NCBI GenBank assembly: GCA_039680575.1
Contig: JBDKSP010000114.1
Span: 1 to 21,497, forward strand
DNA from: Armatimonadota bacterium
GTDB taxonomy: Bacteria; Armatimonadota; UBA5829; DTLH01
Length of the DNA: 21,497 bases
Reading direction: 5' to 3'
Shown: positions 1-8,121 of the stretch, piece by piece
Position numbering within the stretch: the stretch's first letter is position 1
Layout of the letters: every line of letters begins with the position of its first letter
Made by a program: the position numbers and the translations under genes
Notes under the pieces: generated by a model
What the model was told of the DNA's origin: nothing
What the model saw: the letters and a program-made list of their open reading frames with translations, nothing else
Database searches by the model: none

Positions 1-126
1 TACTGGAGCGGAGTAGTCGGTAGAGGCATTCTGCCTCACCAGCTATTAGCGTGCGTGTTCTTGTCACAAATTACACTACGCTTCCGCTCCTCATTTCTAT
101 AACACCTTTTCTGGAAAATGCACTAG
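1..126. mobile_element. Putative end of an insertion sequence or other structured element abutting the MFS gene at CTAG
   Basis: Nested inverted repeats: GGAGCGGA 5-12 / TCCGCTCC 83-90; GTAGT 13-17 / ACTAC 75-79; GAGGCA 23-28 / TGCCTC 32-37; TTTTC-TG-GAAAA 107-118. MFS-like protein sequence begins at CTAG 123-126. No transposase ORF is in the window. Confidence 0.4.
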
Positions 127-1184
127 GTCTTGTAAACGCAGTCGGAGCAATCCCTCTTTTCGTGCTTACGCTCTTTGCTGGGGCTGTCGCGGACCGCGTG
201 AACAAAAAGAAAGCGCTTGTCCTTACACAAACGCTTTCGGCCTGCTTCGCAGTCATTTTAGGTATTCTTGTCGGGTCCGGACATATTACAAAATATCACA
301 TACTGGTTATTGCCTTCTTTCAGGGCATAGTCATGGCATTCGACTCCCCTATCAGGCAGTCCATGCCGATCCATCTTGTTCCCAGAAAGTATCTGACCAA
401 TGCGATAGTTCTGAATTCAGCCGCTTTCAACACAGCCAGGATCATCGGCCCGGCCATCGGGGGTTATATCGCGGCCAAGATGGGGATGTCCATCTGCTTT
501 TTCGTAAACGCAGCGAGTTTCTTTGCCGTTATAGGCGCATTGATAGCGGTAAAAGCAAAAACGCCTCCCGGAGCTGATCTTGAGGTGTCGATTAAGGATA
601 ATCTGCTTGATGGCCTAAAGTATGTCTGGAAAAAGCGGATCATACGGAAGCTGATGATCGCGTTGACGCTCTACACGATGTTCACATTCCCCTATATGCT
701 GCTGATACCGGTCTTTGCGAAGGATATCCTGAAAGTCGGCATCAGAGGTAATGGCTCGCTCCTTATGTCCGTAGGGATCGGAGCGCTTATCGCAGCTTTC
801 GTTCTTGCGTCTTTGTCGAGAATATCGAAACTGGGGCGTCTTCTTATAATAGCCTCCACACTCGGATCAGGGTTTCTAGTTATTTTCGCTAATTCAGGCA
901 ATTTCCTTCTTTCCAGGTCTATGCTGATTGGCATGGGCTTCTCGGCAATATCGTTCAGCCAGACTTGTAACAGCATGATCCAGAACCTTGCCGACGACGC
1001 GCTTCGCGGCCGAGTAATGGGCGTTTACACATTCATTTTTATGGGCTTGTCTCCGTTTGCAAACTACCTGACCGGACTTCTTGCGGAACATTTCGGGGCT
1101 CAAATGACTGTAACGATATTCGGCCTGATGTTCTTCTTAACCGGCGGGTTCCTTGCTACCCAGAGAGATGTCCTAAGACATTAA
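51..1184 (+). CDS. MFS transporter (MFS_3/DHA3-like), probably 5'-truncated or interrupted
   Basis: Many hydrophobic helices, motif A-like GAVADRVNKK, FNTARIIGPAIGG and LRGRVMG. The frame is closed upstream by TAG at 21-23, there is no RBS before GTG51, and TM1 appears to be missing. Confidence 0.85.
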   Translation: MRVLVTNYTTLPLLISITPFLENALGLVNAVGAIPLFVLTLFAGAVADRVNKKKALVLTQTLSACFAVILGILVGSGHITKYHILVIAFFQGIVMAFDSPIRQSMPIHLVPRKYLTNAIVLNSAAFNTARIIGPAIGGYIAAKMGMSICFFVNAASFFAVIGALIAVKAKTPPGADLEVSIKDNLLDGLKYVWKKRIIRKLMIALTLYTMFTFPYMLLIPVFAKDILKVGIRGNGSLLMSVGIGALIAAFVLASLSRISKLGRLLIIASTLGSGFLVIFANSGNFLLSRSMLIGMGFSAISFSQTCNSMIQNLADDALRGRVMGVYTFIFMGLSPFANYLTGLLAEHFGAQMTVTIFGLMFFLTGGFLATQRDVLRH

Positions 1185-3571
1185 TTATCCTGTGCCCGCT
1201 TCACCAGCTTACGGGCGGGTATAACTGCATCCCCGAAAGGCTCGACATCCAGCCAGAAGCATGGCGCATCCGGTTTAACCGCTACCTCCACATTCTCAAC
1301 TGCTGATTCTCCCGGAGCCAGGTCGAAGGATATTTCCCCTAAGCTCGGTAATCCGGCTGCGTCCGAAGGACCGGCGCTGAGAGAAACAGAACCCTTTGCT
1401 TGTGCTCGCCCGACGTTTATCAACTTCACAAAGAACTTTGCCACTCCGGTATCTTCCGAAGCCGCCAATTCAACCATCGTGTGCACCACAGGTACATCAG
1501 CAGCGGGTATAGGGAACAGTTGGGTATAATCATCGTAATCCGAAGGCTTTTCGGCACCGATACGTGACCCGGCAAGACGCCAATCAAAAGGTTTGAACCC
1601 TATGGAATATGCCGGTGAGTCCGGTCTGAGCGAAAACCCCTCGCCAGCAGCATCTTCAAACAGCGGATCTGCAACCTGAGCATCAGTATTCTGCCCATTC
1701 TCCTGCATCTGCTCCAAGGTCTTACCGTTGAAGGAGAGCGGGCTTCCGTCCAGCGGCCAGTAAAGGTTGCCGGTAACAGTAAAATGCGCCTGAGGCCAGT
1801 CGAGGACAGCTATTCGGCCGTTTGCGGGAATTACAATGTTGCCGCAAAAGACGGTAGATCTATGGCTCTCCTGCAAGCCCAGGCCGAGATGCTCTTCCCG
1901 GCTGTTCGCGAAGATATTGTTACGGACAAGTATATCACGCCCGTAATGCACGAAAAATGCGTTCTTTTTTGTGCCGTATACCAGGTTGTTCTCCACCAGA
2001 ATCTCGGAACTGCCCTCATCAGGGTAGATGCCCCATGCGCCATAGCCGTAACAGGAGATATCGTGGATCACATTGCTTTTCACTGTTGTACCCGGCTGAA
2101 TGCCCAGAGTGTAAATCCCGCCATTATCGCTCAGAATCTCCTTGTGGTTGATGTGGTGGATGTGGTTATACTCGATGCGGTTACATACCGTGCGTGTCTG
2201 GTCATAACCCCAGGTCCACCCGCAGGAAATCCCCGTGTAGTTGCAGTTGAATATGTGGTTGTGGATAATGCGGTTCCATCCGCTGTTTGCGATCCAGATA
2301 CCTATGGCGCTTGGAAATATATGGCCGCAGTCCCGGATGGTACAGTCGATGACCGTGGTAGCGATTGGAGGCACTTCACCGCCGTTCGAAAGCCTTATCT
2401 GACCAACAGACCAACGAGTGATTATCTCCTCATTCCCTATCTTGATCCCCCCGCCGCCCGCATCTCTGACAACACACGCGGCAAGGACATTATCTGTGCT
2501 TCCAGCCAGGACTTCGATGCCGTAGCCGTTGATATGCGTTACTGTGCAGCCGTACAAGACACATGCCTCCGCACCTTCAAGGCTAAGAGCCCCCGGTACG
2601 CCGTATGCAGCCTGTATGTACCCCGTACAGCTCTTCGGAAGCTCCCAGTGTTGGTGCGCGAAAGTCAGGTTCTCGAAGCGCAGATGGCTGACACGCTTTC
2701 CAGCTTCGTCTCCCTGCAATAAGAGCAGTTTTTCAAGACGCGGTGCAGTCACAACTGTGTTTTCCAGACTCTCTCCGGGCAGCGGCAGGTAGAAAAGCCG
2801 TCCACTGGCGCGGTCAAGATACCACTCTCCCGGCGTATCCATCGCCTCAAACACATTCTCTGCGAAGTAACGGGCAAATTCTCCCCGCTCATCTTTCAGG
2901 CTGCCCAGGCTGTTTGCGTGGAAATACACCACGCACTTGTCCTCATCGATGTCTTTGATCCGATGGTGCGTATCGAACCAGAGTTGATATGAGATAATCT
3001 CGACATCTTCCCAGTTCTTCCACTTCCTGATGTCCCCAGGCGCGAAATTGGCGCTGTCCGGGCCCTCCGTCCAGTTGAACCCGGAGTCCTCATGCCCGTC
3101 GATCCCGGTAAAACGGGTGAAACCGGACTTCGGCAACCGTGGACGAGGACGCGCGTTGTGGTCCACATATAACCGTGTGAAGTTCCACTTACCCTCGGCG
3201 ACATCCGGCAGCTCGGCGGTCCAACATCTAAGCCCGTTCAACTCCGTCTCCTGCCAGTTCTCGATACGCCGACCTCCAGAGAGCACAGGAGAAGCGCCCT
3301 TGGCTGCCACGTAACGTATCGGGCACTCCTCCGTCCCTGAATCTTCAGGTCCGAATGCTAAAGTATTGTCGAGTTCATAAACACCCTGCTGGATGAACAC
3401 GGTTACAGGGCGGTCTAACCCCTTCTTTTCAACCGAATAGCATCGAATAGCGTCGCGCGCAGCCGCCGGAGTGGCGAAAGGCCCGTCACTGCCGTCAGCG
3501 GACGGAACCGGGATCATCCCGGAGCAGCTGTCGTCTCCAACGGGTGAAACATAGAACTTCAGACTATCCAT
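1181..3571 (-). CDS. Right-handed parallel beta-helix glycoside hydrolase (GH141-like), no signal peptide
   Basis: N-terminal FYVSPVGDD...DGPFAT, GEWYLD, Asn/Ile-rich beta-helix repeats, DNGGIYTLG and GIYPDEGSS motifs. Start chosen at ATG 3571, after AGAGGA; the ORF track starts at TTG 3598. Confidence 0.8.
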   Translation of the reverse strand: MDSLKFYVSPVGDDSCSGMIPVPSADGSDGPFATPAAARDAIRCYSVEKKGLDRPVTVFIQQGVYELDNTLAFGPEDSGTEECPIRYVAAKGASPVLSGGRRIENWQETELNGLRCWTAELPDVAEGKWNFTRLYVDHNARPRPRLPKSGFTRFTGIDGHEDSGFNWTEGPDSANFAPGDIRKWKNWEDVEIISYQLWFDTHHRIKDIDEDKCVVYFHANSLGSLKDERGEFARYFAENVFEAMDTPGEWYLDRASGRLFYLPLPGESLENTVVTAPRLEKLLLLQGDEAGKRVSHLRFENLTFAHQHWELPKSCTGYIQAAYGVPGALSLEGAEACVLYGCTVTHINGYGIEVLAGSTDNVLAACVVRDAGGGGIKIGNEEIITRWSVGQIRLSNGGEVPPIATTVIDCTIRDCGHIFPSAIGIWIANSGWNRIIHNHIFNCNYTGISCGWTWGYDQTRTVCNRIEYNHIHHINHKEILSDNGGIYTLGIQPGTTVKSNVIHDISCYGYGAWGIYPDEGSSEILVENNLVYGTKKNAFFVHYGRDILVRNNIFANSREEHLGLGLQESHRSTVFCGNIVIPANGRIAVLDWPQAHFTVTGNLYWPLDGSPLSFNGKTLEQMQENGQNTDAQVADPLFEDAAGEGFSLRPDSPAYSIGFKPFDWRLAGSRIGAEKPSDYDDYTQLFPIPAADVPVVHTMVELAASEDTGVAKFFVKLINVGRAQAKGSVSLSAGPSDAAGLPSLGEISFDLAPGESAVENVEVAVKPDAPCFWLDVEPFGDAVIPARKLVKRAQDN

Positions 3572-3630
3572 ACTCTTTACATCCTCTGTATTGTACAACT
3601 ATGTGCAATATAACTGCGTAATCTTTAACA

Positions 3631-4929
3631 CTAATTCATCGGCGGTATCCAACCGTCGTGAGCTTCGAAAAGATCGTCTACCATGTTGTGAATCTCGTCC
3701 ATTGTGAGTTCCGCTGATGTATGCGGGTCGAGCATTGCAGCGTGATAAACATACTCTTTCTTACCGGTCAACACTGCCTCTATGGTAAGCTCCTGCACGT
3801 TCACGTTGGTCCTTATCAACGCGGCAAGCTGCGGCGGAAGGTCTCCGATGTAGGTCGGTTGAATACCATTTCGGTCGACCAGGCATGGGACCTCTACGCA
3901 GCACCTGTCCGGCAGGTTCGTTATGTGTCCGTTGTTCAGAACATTCCCGTAGATGACTCGCGGCGTCCCGGTCTCTATGGAATGGATGATGTAAGAGCCG
4001 TACTCCTCAGTGCGCGACACTTCCAGCGGTTCCTCGCCGGATAAGAGCTTATCCCTCATATCTTCCCACCATTTTATCTGCTCTTTGCACCGGCGGATGT
4101 ACTCATCTATCGGCACGTTGAACTTCTCTATCAGGTCTTCGCGGTCGCGGCGGATGAAATATGGCACGTATTCAGCAGTATGCTCGCTCGATTCTCCGCC
4201 ATAATAGCCGAATTTGCGCAGCATCTCGAATCGCACCTTATCTTTATCGACACACTCTCCACCTTCTTCAGCAAGCTGCTTCAGCTTTGGGTAGAGGTCT
4301 ACGCCGTTATGCTCCATCGTGAGAATGAATGACAGGTGGTTGATACCTGCGGACCTGAACCTGATCTCCTCTTTCGGGATACCCAAGCATTGGGCAATCC
4401 AGTTCTGCGATCCCTGGATACCGTGGCAGAGACCGACCGTTTTGATCTTTGTTGCCTTCAGCACTGCGCCCGTGTTCATCGCCATCGGGTTCACATAGTT
4501 CAAGAACCAGACATCCGGGCAGACTTTTTCCATATCGCGGCACATATCGAGCATAACGGGAATAGTCCTGAGCGAACGAAAAACCCCGCCGATGCCAAGC
4601 GTGTCGGCAATTGTCTGTTTTAAGCCGTATTTTTTCGGAATTTCGAAGTCCGTTATGGTTCCCGGATCGTAACCTCCGACCTGGATCATATTTATTACAT
4701 AATCGGCTCCATCGAGCGCCGCTTTTCGGTCGCTGTATGTCTTAACCACCGGTTTTGCCCCTAGATAATCCACGACCCGGTTGACCATAGCCTCAGCCAC
4801 ACTCAATCTGTCCGAATCTATGTCCATAAGGGCGATCTCGATGTTCTTGAACTCAGGAAATGACAGAATATCTCCCGTCAGGTTTTTCGAAAACACAACG
4901 CTCCCGGCGCCGATCATTGTAACTTTCAT
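3631..4929 (-). CDS. melA: NAD+-dependent family 4 glycoside hydrolase, alpha-galactosidase MelA-like
   Basis: KVTMIGAGSVVF Rossmann motif, DFEIPKKYGLKQTIADTLGIGG, NYVNP, GLCH, GINH, ESSEH, AAMLDPHT. RBS GGGAG before ATG 4929. Confidence 0.9.
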   Translation of the reverse strand: MKVTMIGAGSVVFSKNLTGDILSFPEFKNIEIALMDIDSDRLSVAEAMVNRVVDYLGAKPVVKTYSDRKAALDGADYVINMIQVGGYDPGTITDFEIPKKYGLKQTIADTLGIGGVFRSLRTIPVMLDMCRDMEKVCPDVWFLNYVNPMAMNTGAVLKATKIKTVGLCHGIQGSQNWIAQCLGIPKEEIRFRSAGINHLSFILTMEHNGVDLYPKLKQLAEEGGECVDKDKVRFEMLRKFGYYGGESSEHTAEYVPYFIRRDREDLIEKFNVPIDEYIRRCKEQIKWWEDMRDKLLSGEEPLEVSRTEEYGSYIIHSIETGTPRVIYGNVLNNGHITNLPDRCCVEVPCLVDRNGIQPTYIGDLPPQLAALIRTNVNVQELTIEAVLTGKKEYVYHAAMLDPHTSAELTMDEIHNMVDDLFEAHDGWIPPMN

Positions 4930-4960
4930 CAATTACTCCCGTACATAATAGTGCCTGCTC

Positions 4961-4989
4961 AGTATACAATCGGGCAGGCACCATTGCAA
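4961..4989 (-). promoter_or_regulatory. Sigma70-type promoter for the melA / beta-helix hydrolase genes
   Basis: On the minus strand: TTGCAA (4989-4984), 17 nt, TATACT (4966-4961), about 30 nt upstream of the melA start. Confidence 0.6.
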
Positions 4990-5019
4990 TAGGTTTAAAT
5001 CAAATTTTCTTCCACAAAC

Positions 5020-6516
5020 CTAGAATACACGCTCCCAGATGGGTTTGATTCGGCTTTCGCCTGCACTTCCAAGGATAATCGGCGTTATTCCGGTAATCTC
5101 GCAGAAGTAGTTCAGTTCCTGAACGACATTCCCTGATACCCCTTGAGCATGATTTGCAGGGAATACAGCCAGGAACTCTTCAAAACTGCAGTCCAGCCGT
5201 GCATGGACATGAGGCCATGTAGGATCAGTCTGCTGATTCAATGCTTTTCGCTCCGCTGCCGGCAGCATGACTGACTCTCCGGGCACGATTACCATATAAG
5301 GTTTCTCGTTCCAGAGTCCGAGTCTTGCAAATGTCATCTCCCCGGCTGCTGCATCGAACTCGACTGATGCACCGCCTGCTTTGAAGTAATACTCCATTGC
5401 AGGATGGAGCGTAATAGACTCGAAGTTCTTCTTCGGGTCCCAGCTTCTCGCGGCATACCATGAGGAATGGTTGCCCGAGTTACACCAGTCCCAAAGATCC
5501 AGGTCCGGATGGTACAGTCGAACGTCCATGAAGAGGGTCGGCAGCCCGCCTGAGATATACTTCAGCGACTGCATAGTCATAGCGGCATACGAGTCGGCTT
5601 CTGTCGCGCAGACGAACGGTTCCTTGGGGCCGCGCCAATCATAAGGATCGTTCATCATCATCTCAGGGATGTCGCCAAGGCATACATGCTCAGTCAGTTC
5701 CCGCTGTCCCTTAAGCCCGCAGAAGGCGAACCCATTCTCTTTATTGAGCTTATCCATCGCCAGATACAGTCTTATCTGTGTCTTGAGCGTCTCCGGCGTA
5801 AGCATGTGTCCATCGTAGAGTATCCGGTCTCCGAGCATATTTGCGAACCATTTATGCCCGGCTTCGACTTCCGCTTCCGGGATCGTTTTCATCACTTCAA
5901 CCAACTCCAACTGATCGACCTGGAAGCAGTTTGTGCCGATCGCTTTAACTGTCGGCGTAAGATGGAAGAAACCGGTCTCCATCCCCATGGAATGGCCGCC
6001 ATAAAGACCGTAGACTTCGTTATGCATTGTAGTGGCAGCTTGCGACGCTCGAAGCCAGGCAATGACTTTATCCTGTGTCGCCGGGTCGTCGACTTCCCCT
6101 ACTATCCTGTGAGTCCTTCGCCCCACCTGCCTGAGTGCGCCGTCAGTGGCGAGAAGCCCGACATTTCCGGGGAATTTTCCATTGTTGTTCGAAAGCGACA
6201 GTATGGGTACATCTTTTCCCAGGCTGTTGATAAACGGCCACAGGAGGTATGGGAAGTTCCAGACGTTATAGCACATCACGATCTGCTTGCAGTTCGCTCT
6301 TGCCAGTTCCTCGCCTATTTCCTGAGCTGCTTTTACCGATGTGACTGTCCGTGAGGCTGTAATAATATCCGGCGCAGTCCCGTCATGTGCCTTGATTCCC
6401 TGCTTTATGACCTCAGCCCATTTCTGGACAACGGCCATGTTATCTTTTTCATTCTCCCGCCAGACGTGCTCTCTTCCATCATTCATCAGCACCAATCCAA
6501 TCGGTGTGTTCTTCAT
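5020..6516 (-). CDS. L-fucose/D-arabinose isomerase family protein (FucI-like)
   Basis: GGHSMGM, KGQRELT, ATEADS, FMDVR, CNSG and PANH match the FucI Mn-ligand/catalytic segments (Glu, Asp, His). RBS GGAGGG before ATG 6516 (MKNTP...), giving 498 aa. Confidence 0.85.
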   Translation of the reverse strand: MKNTPIGLVLMNDGREHVWRENEKDNMAVVQKWAEVIKQGIKAHDGTAPDIITASRTVTSVKAAQEIGEELARANCKQIVMCYNVWNFPYLLWPFINSLGKDVPILSLSNNNGKFPGNVGLLATDGALRQVGRRTHRIVGEVDDPATQDKVIAWLRASQAATTMHNEVYGLYGGHSMGMETGFFHLTPTVKAIGTNCFQVDQLELVEVMKTIPEAEVEAGHKWFANMLGDRILYDGHMLTPETLKTQIRLYLAMDKLNKENGFAFCGLKGQRELTEHVCLGDIPEMMMNDPYDWRGPKEPFVCATEADSYAAMTMQSLKYISGGLPTLFMDVRLYHPDLDLWDWCNSGNHSSWYAARSWDPKKNFESITLHPAMEYYFKAGGASVEFDAAAGEMTFARLGLWNEKPYMVIVPGESVMLPAAERKALNQQTDPTWPHVHARLDCSFEEFLAVFPANHAQGVSGNVVQELNYFCEITGITPIILGSAGESRIKPIWERVF

Positions 6517-6566
6517 AATTTTCCCTCCAAATATATTGCCGACAGGCAGATAATACTGCATATACT

Positions 6567-6590
6567 TATCATGCAAACGGTTGCATGATA
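6567..6590. promoter_or_regulatory. LacI/GalR-family operator-like palindrome
   Basis: TATCATGCAA-ACGG-TTGCATGATA has 10-bp perfect arms and a central CG, fits TGNAANCGNTTNCA, and lies 50 nt upstream of the isomerase start. Confidence 0.75.
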
Positions 6591-6631
6591 GAATCATGCA
6601 AATCGCCAAATAATTTACATGTGTATTTCTT

Positions 6632-8032
6632 CTAGTGAATCCCGTATTTTGCGACTTCGGTTTTCATCTCATTTGCGGATTTCGGACCGATCATCTCGCC
6701 CTTAACAGTACCGTCCTTACCGATAACAAATACCGTCGGCAGGTTCCTTAGCCCATAATCCATTGCGGTCTTAAAGGTTTTCTGGGAACCAACCATAACA
6801 GGGAAGCTGATTCCGTGTTCTTTTATAAACTTACCGGCTGCTTCGTTGTTCCCGTCAAGGTTAATGCTCAAAATGGCCGTGCTTTCCGTGTCAAGTATCT
6901 TGTTCAGCTTCTGTATCTCCGGTAGAGCTTGTTTCGACTGCGGCGAACCCAGAGCCCAGAATACAAGAAGCACATGTCGGCCACGATAGCTCGAAAGCGA
7001 TATTTCCCTGCCGTTCAGTGACGGTATGCTGAAACTTGGAGCCTTCTTTCCGGTAACTCTTGGAGGCGCCGGAATATCTGGCTGCTTTGGCGGTTTTATA
7101 GTCGCCGCATCTTTCGCTCCGGGAGGGGGAACAAACTTGAAAATATCCGCGGAAATCGATTGATCCGCCTGCACCAGGTTCATAACGGTCTTCTGGCTTA
7201 TCACGAGCGAGCCTTTCGGCCCCTTTACACCTTTTGGAACGGAGCCCAATGCGCTCGGCGGTATTTTAGCCGATGTTGCGATCTGCCGGAGCAAAAAGTC
7301 GTTCTTCCCTATCCAAAGCGTTTCAGTCCTCGTCAAGCCTTTCCTTCCGGTCCGGATCGAATATGTGACAACATATGTATCGACTCCTCCAACCTTCTCG
7401 GACGGTTTGAGCCTGGCTGATTTGATATAAGGGGCTATGTTCATTCCACTGAGCAAGCCGGGAGTAGTAATTCCGCCTTCACTATTGGAGTTAAGCTCGC
7501 TTACCGACTTGGGGGCGGAAACCTTCTTGTAGACTTTGGAGTAGCTTCCGCGTATTTTTTCCATGGCGGGTGAATGCACATAGATATACATCGTCTTCCC
7601 ATCGGAGACGATCAAGCCTTCATTCCCACGGCCGCTTGTCCTCAGCCTGATCCTGTTTGGCCGGGAAAACGACATTTCCACCTGTCCCTGGCTGTTCTTA
7701 TTCTTGCCCTCAGCGGAAAGTCCGGCGTAGATAGTCCCTTTCAGCTTCAGCGTATCGATTGCTTTGTAAGTTTCAGCCGTACGCAGAAGGACATCCTTCG
7801 CAGTCGGGTTTTTCAGAGGTTCTACCGGTTTCTTACCGGGCTTGGCATTCTCTACGGGGTTGGAACTAGAAGTAATACCCTCTGTCTTGCCCGCACCTTT
7901 GCCCGAACGGTCTCCTGAAACAGTGACCACCGGACTCTTCGGCTGAGGTTTTGTCGCTGTCCGACGACCACAGCCTGTACTGAGTAATACGGCAACCAGA
8001 GCGATCAGCAGCAGCGCTCCTGCTCTTTTCAT
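6632..8032 (-). CDS. Lipoprotein: LolA-like (DUF2092-type) domain plus C-terminal TlpA/redoxin-fold domain lacking CxxC
   Basis: Signal peptide with lipobox LSTGC and a low-complexity linker. LolA-like motifs RPNRIR, IVSDGKT, LWIGKNDFLLRQ, FKFVPPPGAK. Redoxin motifs GKKAPSF, LLVFWALGSPQS, LPTVFVIGKDG. RBS AGGAGG. Confidence 0.8.
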   Translation of the reverse strand: MKRAGALLLIALVAVLLSTGCGRRTATKPQPKSPVVTVSGDRSGKGAGKTEGITSSSNPVENAKPGKKPVEPLKNPTAKDVLLRTAETYKAIDTLKLKGTIYAGLSAEGKNKNSQGQVEMSFSRPNRIRLRTSGRGNEGLIVSDGKTMYIYVHSPAMEKIRGSYSKVYKKVSAPKSVSELNSNSEGGITTPGLLSGMNIAPYIKSARLKPSEKVGGVDTYVVTYSIRTGRKGLTRTETLWIGKNDFLLRQIATSAKIPPSALGSVPKGVKGPKGSLVISQKTVMNLVQADQSISADIFKFVPPPGAKDAATIKPPKQPDIPAPPRVTGKKAPSFSIPSLNGREISLSSYRGRHVLLVFWALGSPQSKQALPEIQKLNKILDTESTAILSINLDGNNEAAGKFIKEHGISFPVMVGSQKTFKTAMDYGLRNLPTVFVIGKDGTVKGEMIGPKSANEMKTEVAKYGIH

Positions 8033-8121
8033 AAGGTCCTCCTGTGGACTCTCAAGGCCAAATGAAGTCTATGCTCAACGCATATCATGATAGTAATTCG
8101 TGCGGAACTGCATCAACTCCT

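Noticed and set aside
49..60. GTGCG at 51 as a group II intron 5' end
   Set aside because: The downstream sequence is MFS coding; no domain V/VI or reverse transcriptase ORF was seen.
1784..2722. 312-aa plus-strand ORF
   Set aside because: Antisense shadow of the beta-helix hydrolase gene, with no recognisable motifs.
5686..6354. 222-aa plus-strand ORF
   Set aside because: Antisense to the well-supported isomerase gene, with no domain features.
6517..6609. 31-aa N-terminal extension of the isomerase in the ORF track
   Set aside because: Runs through the operator palindrome; the GGAGGG RBS supports ATG 6516.
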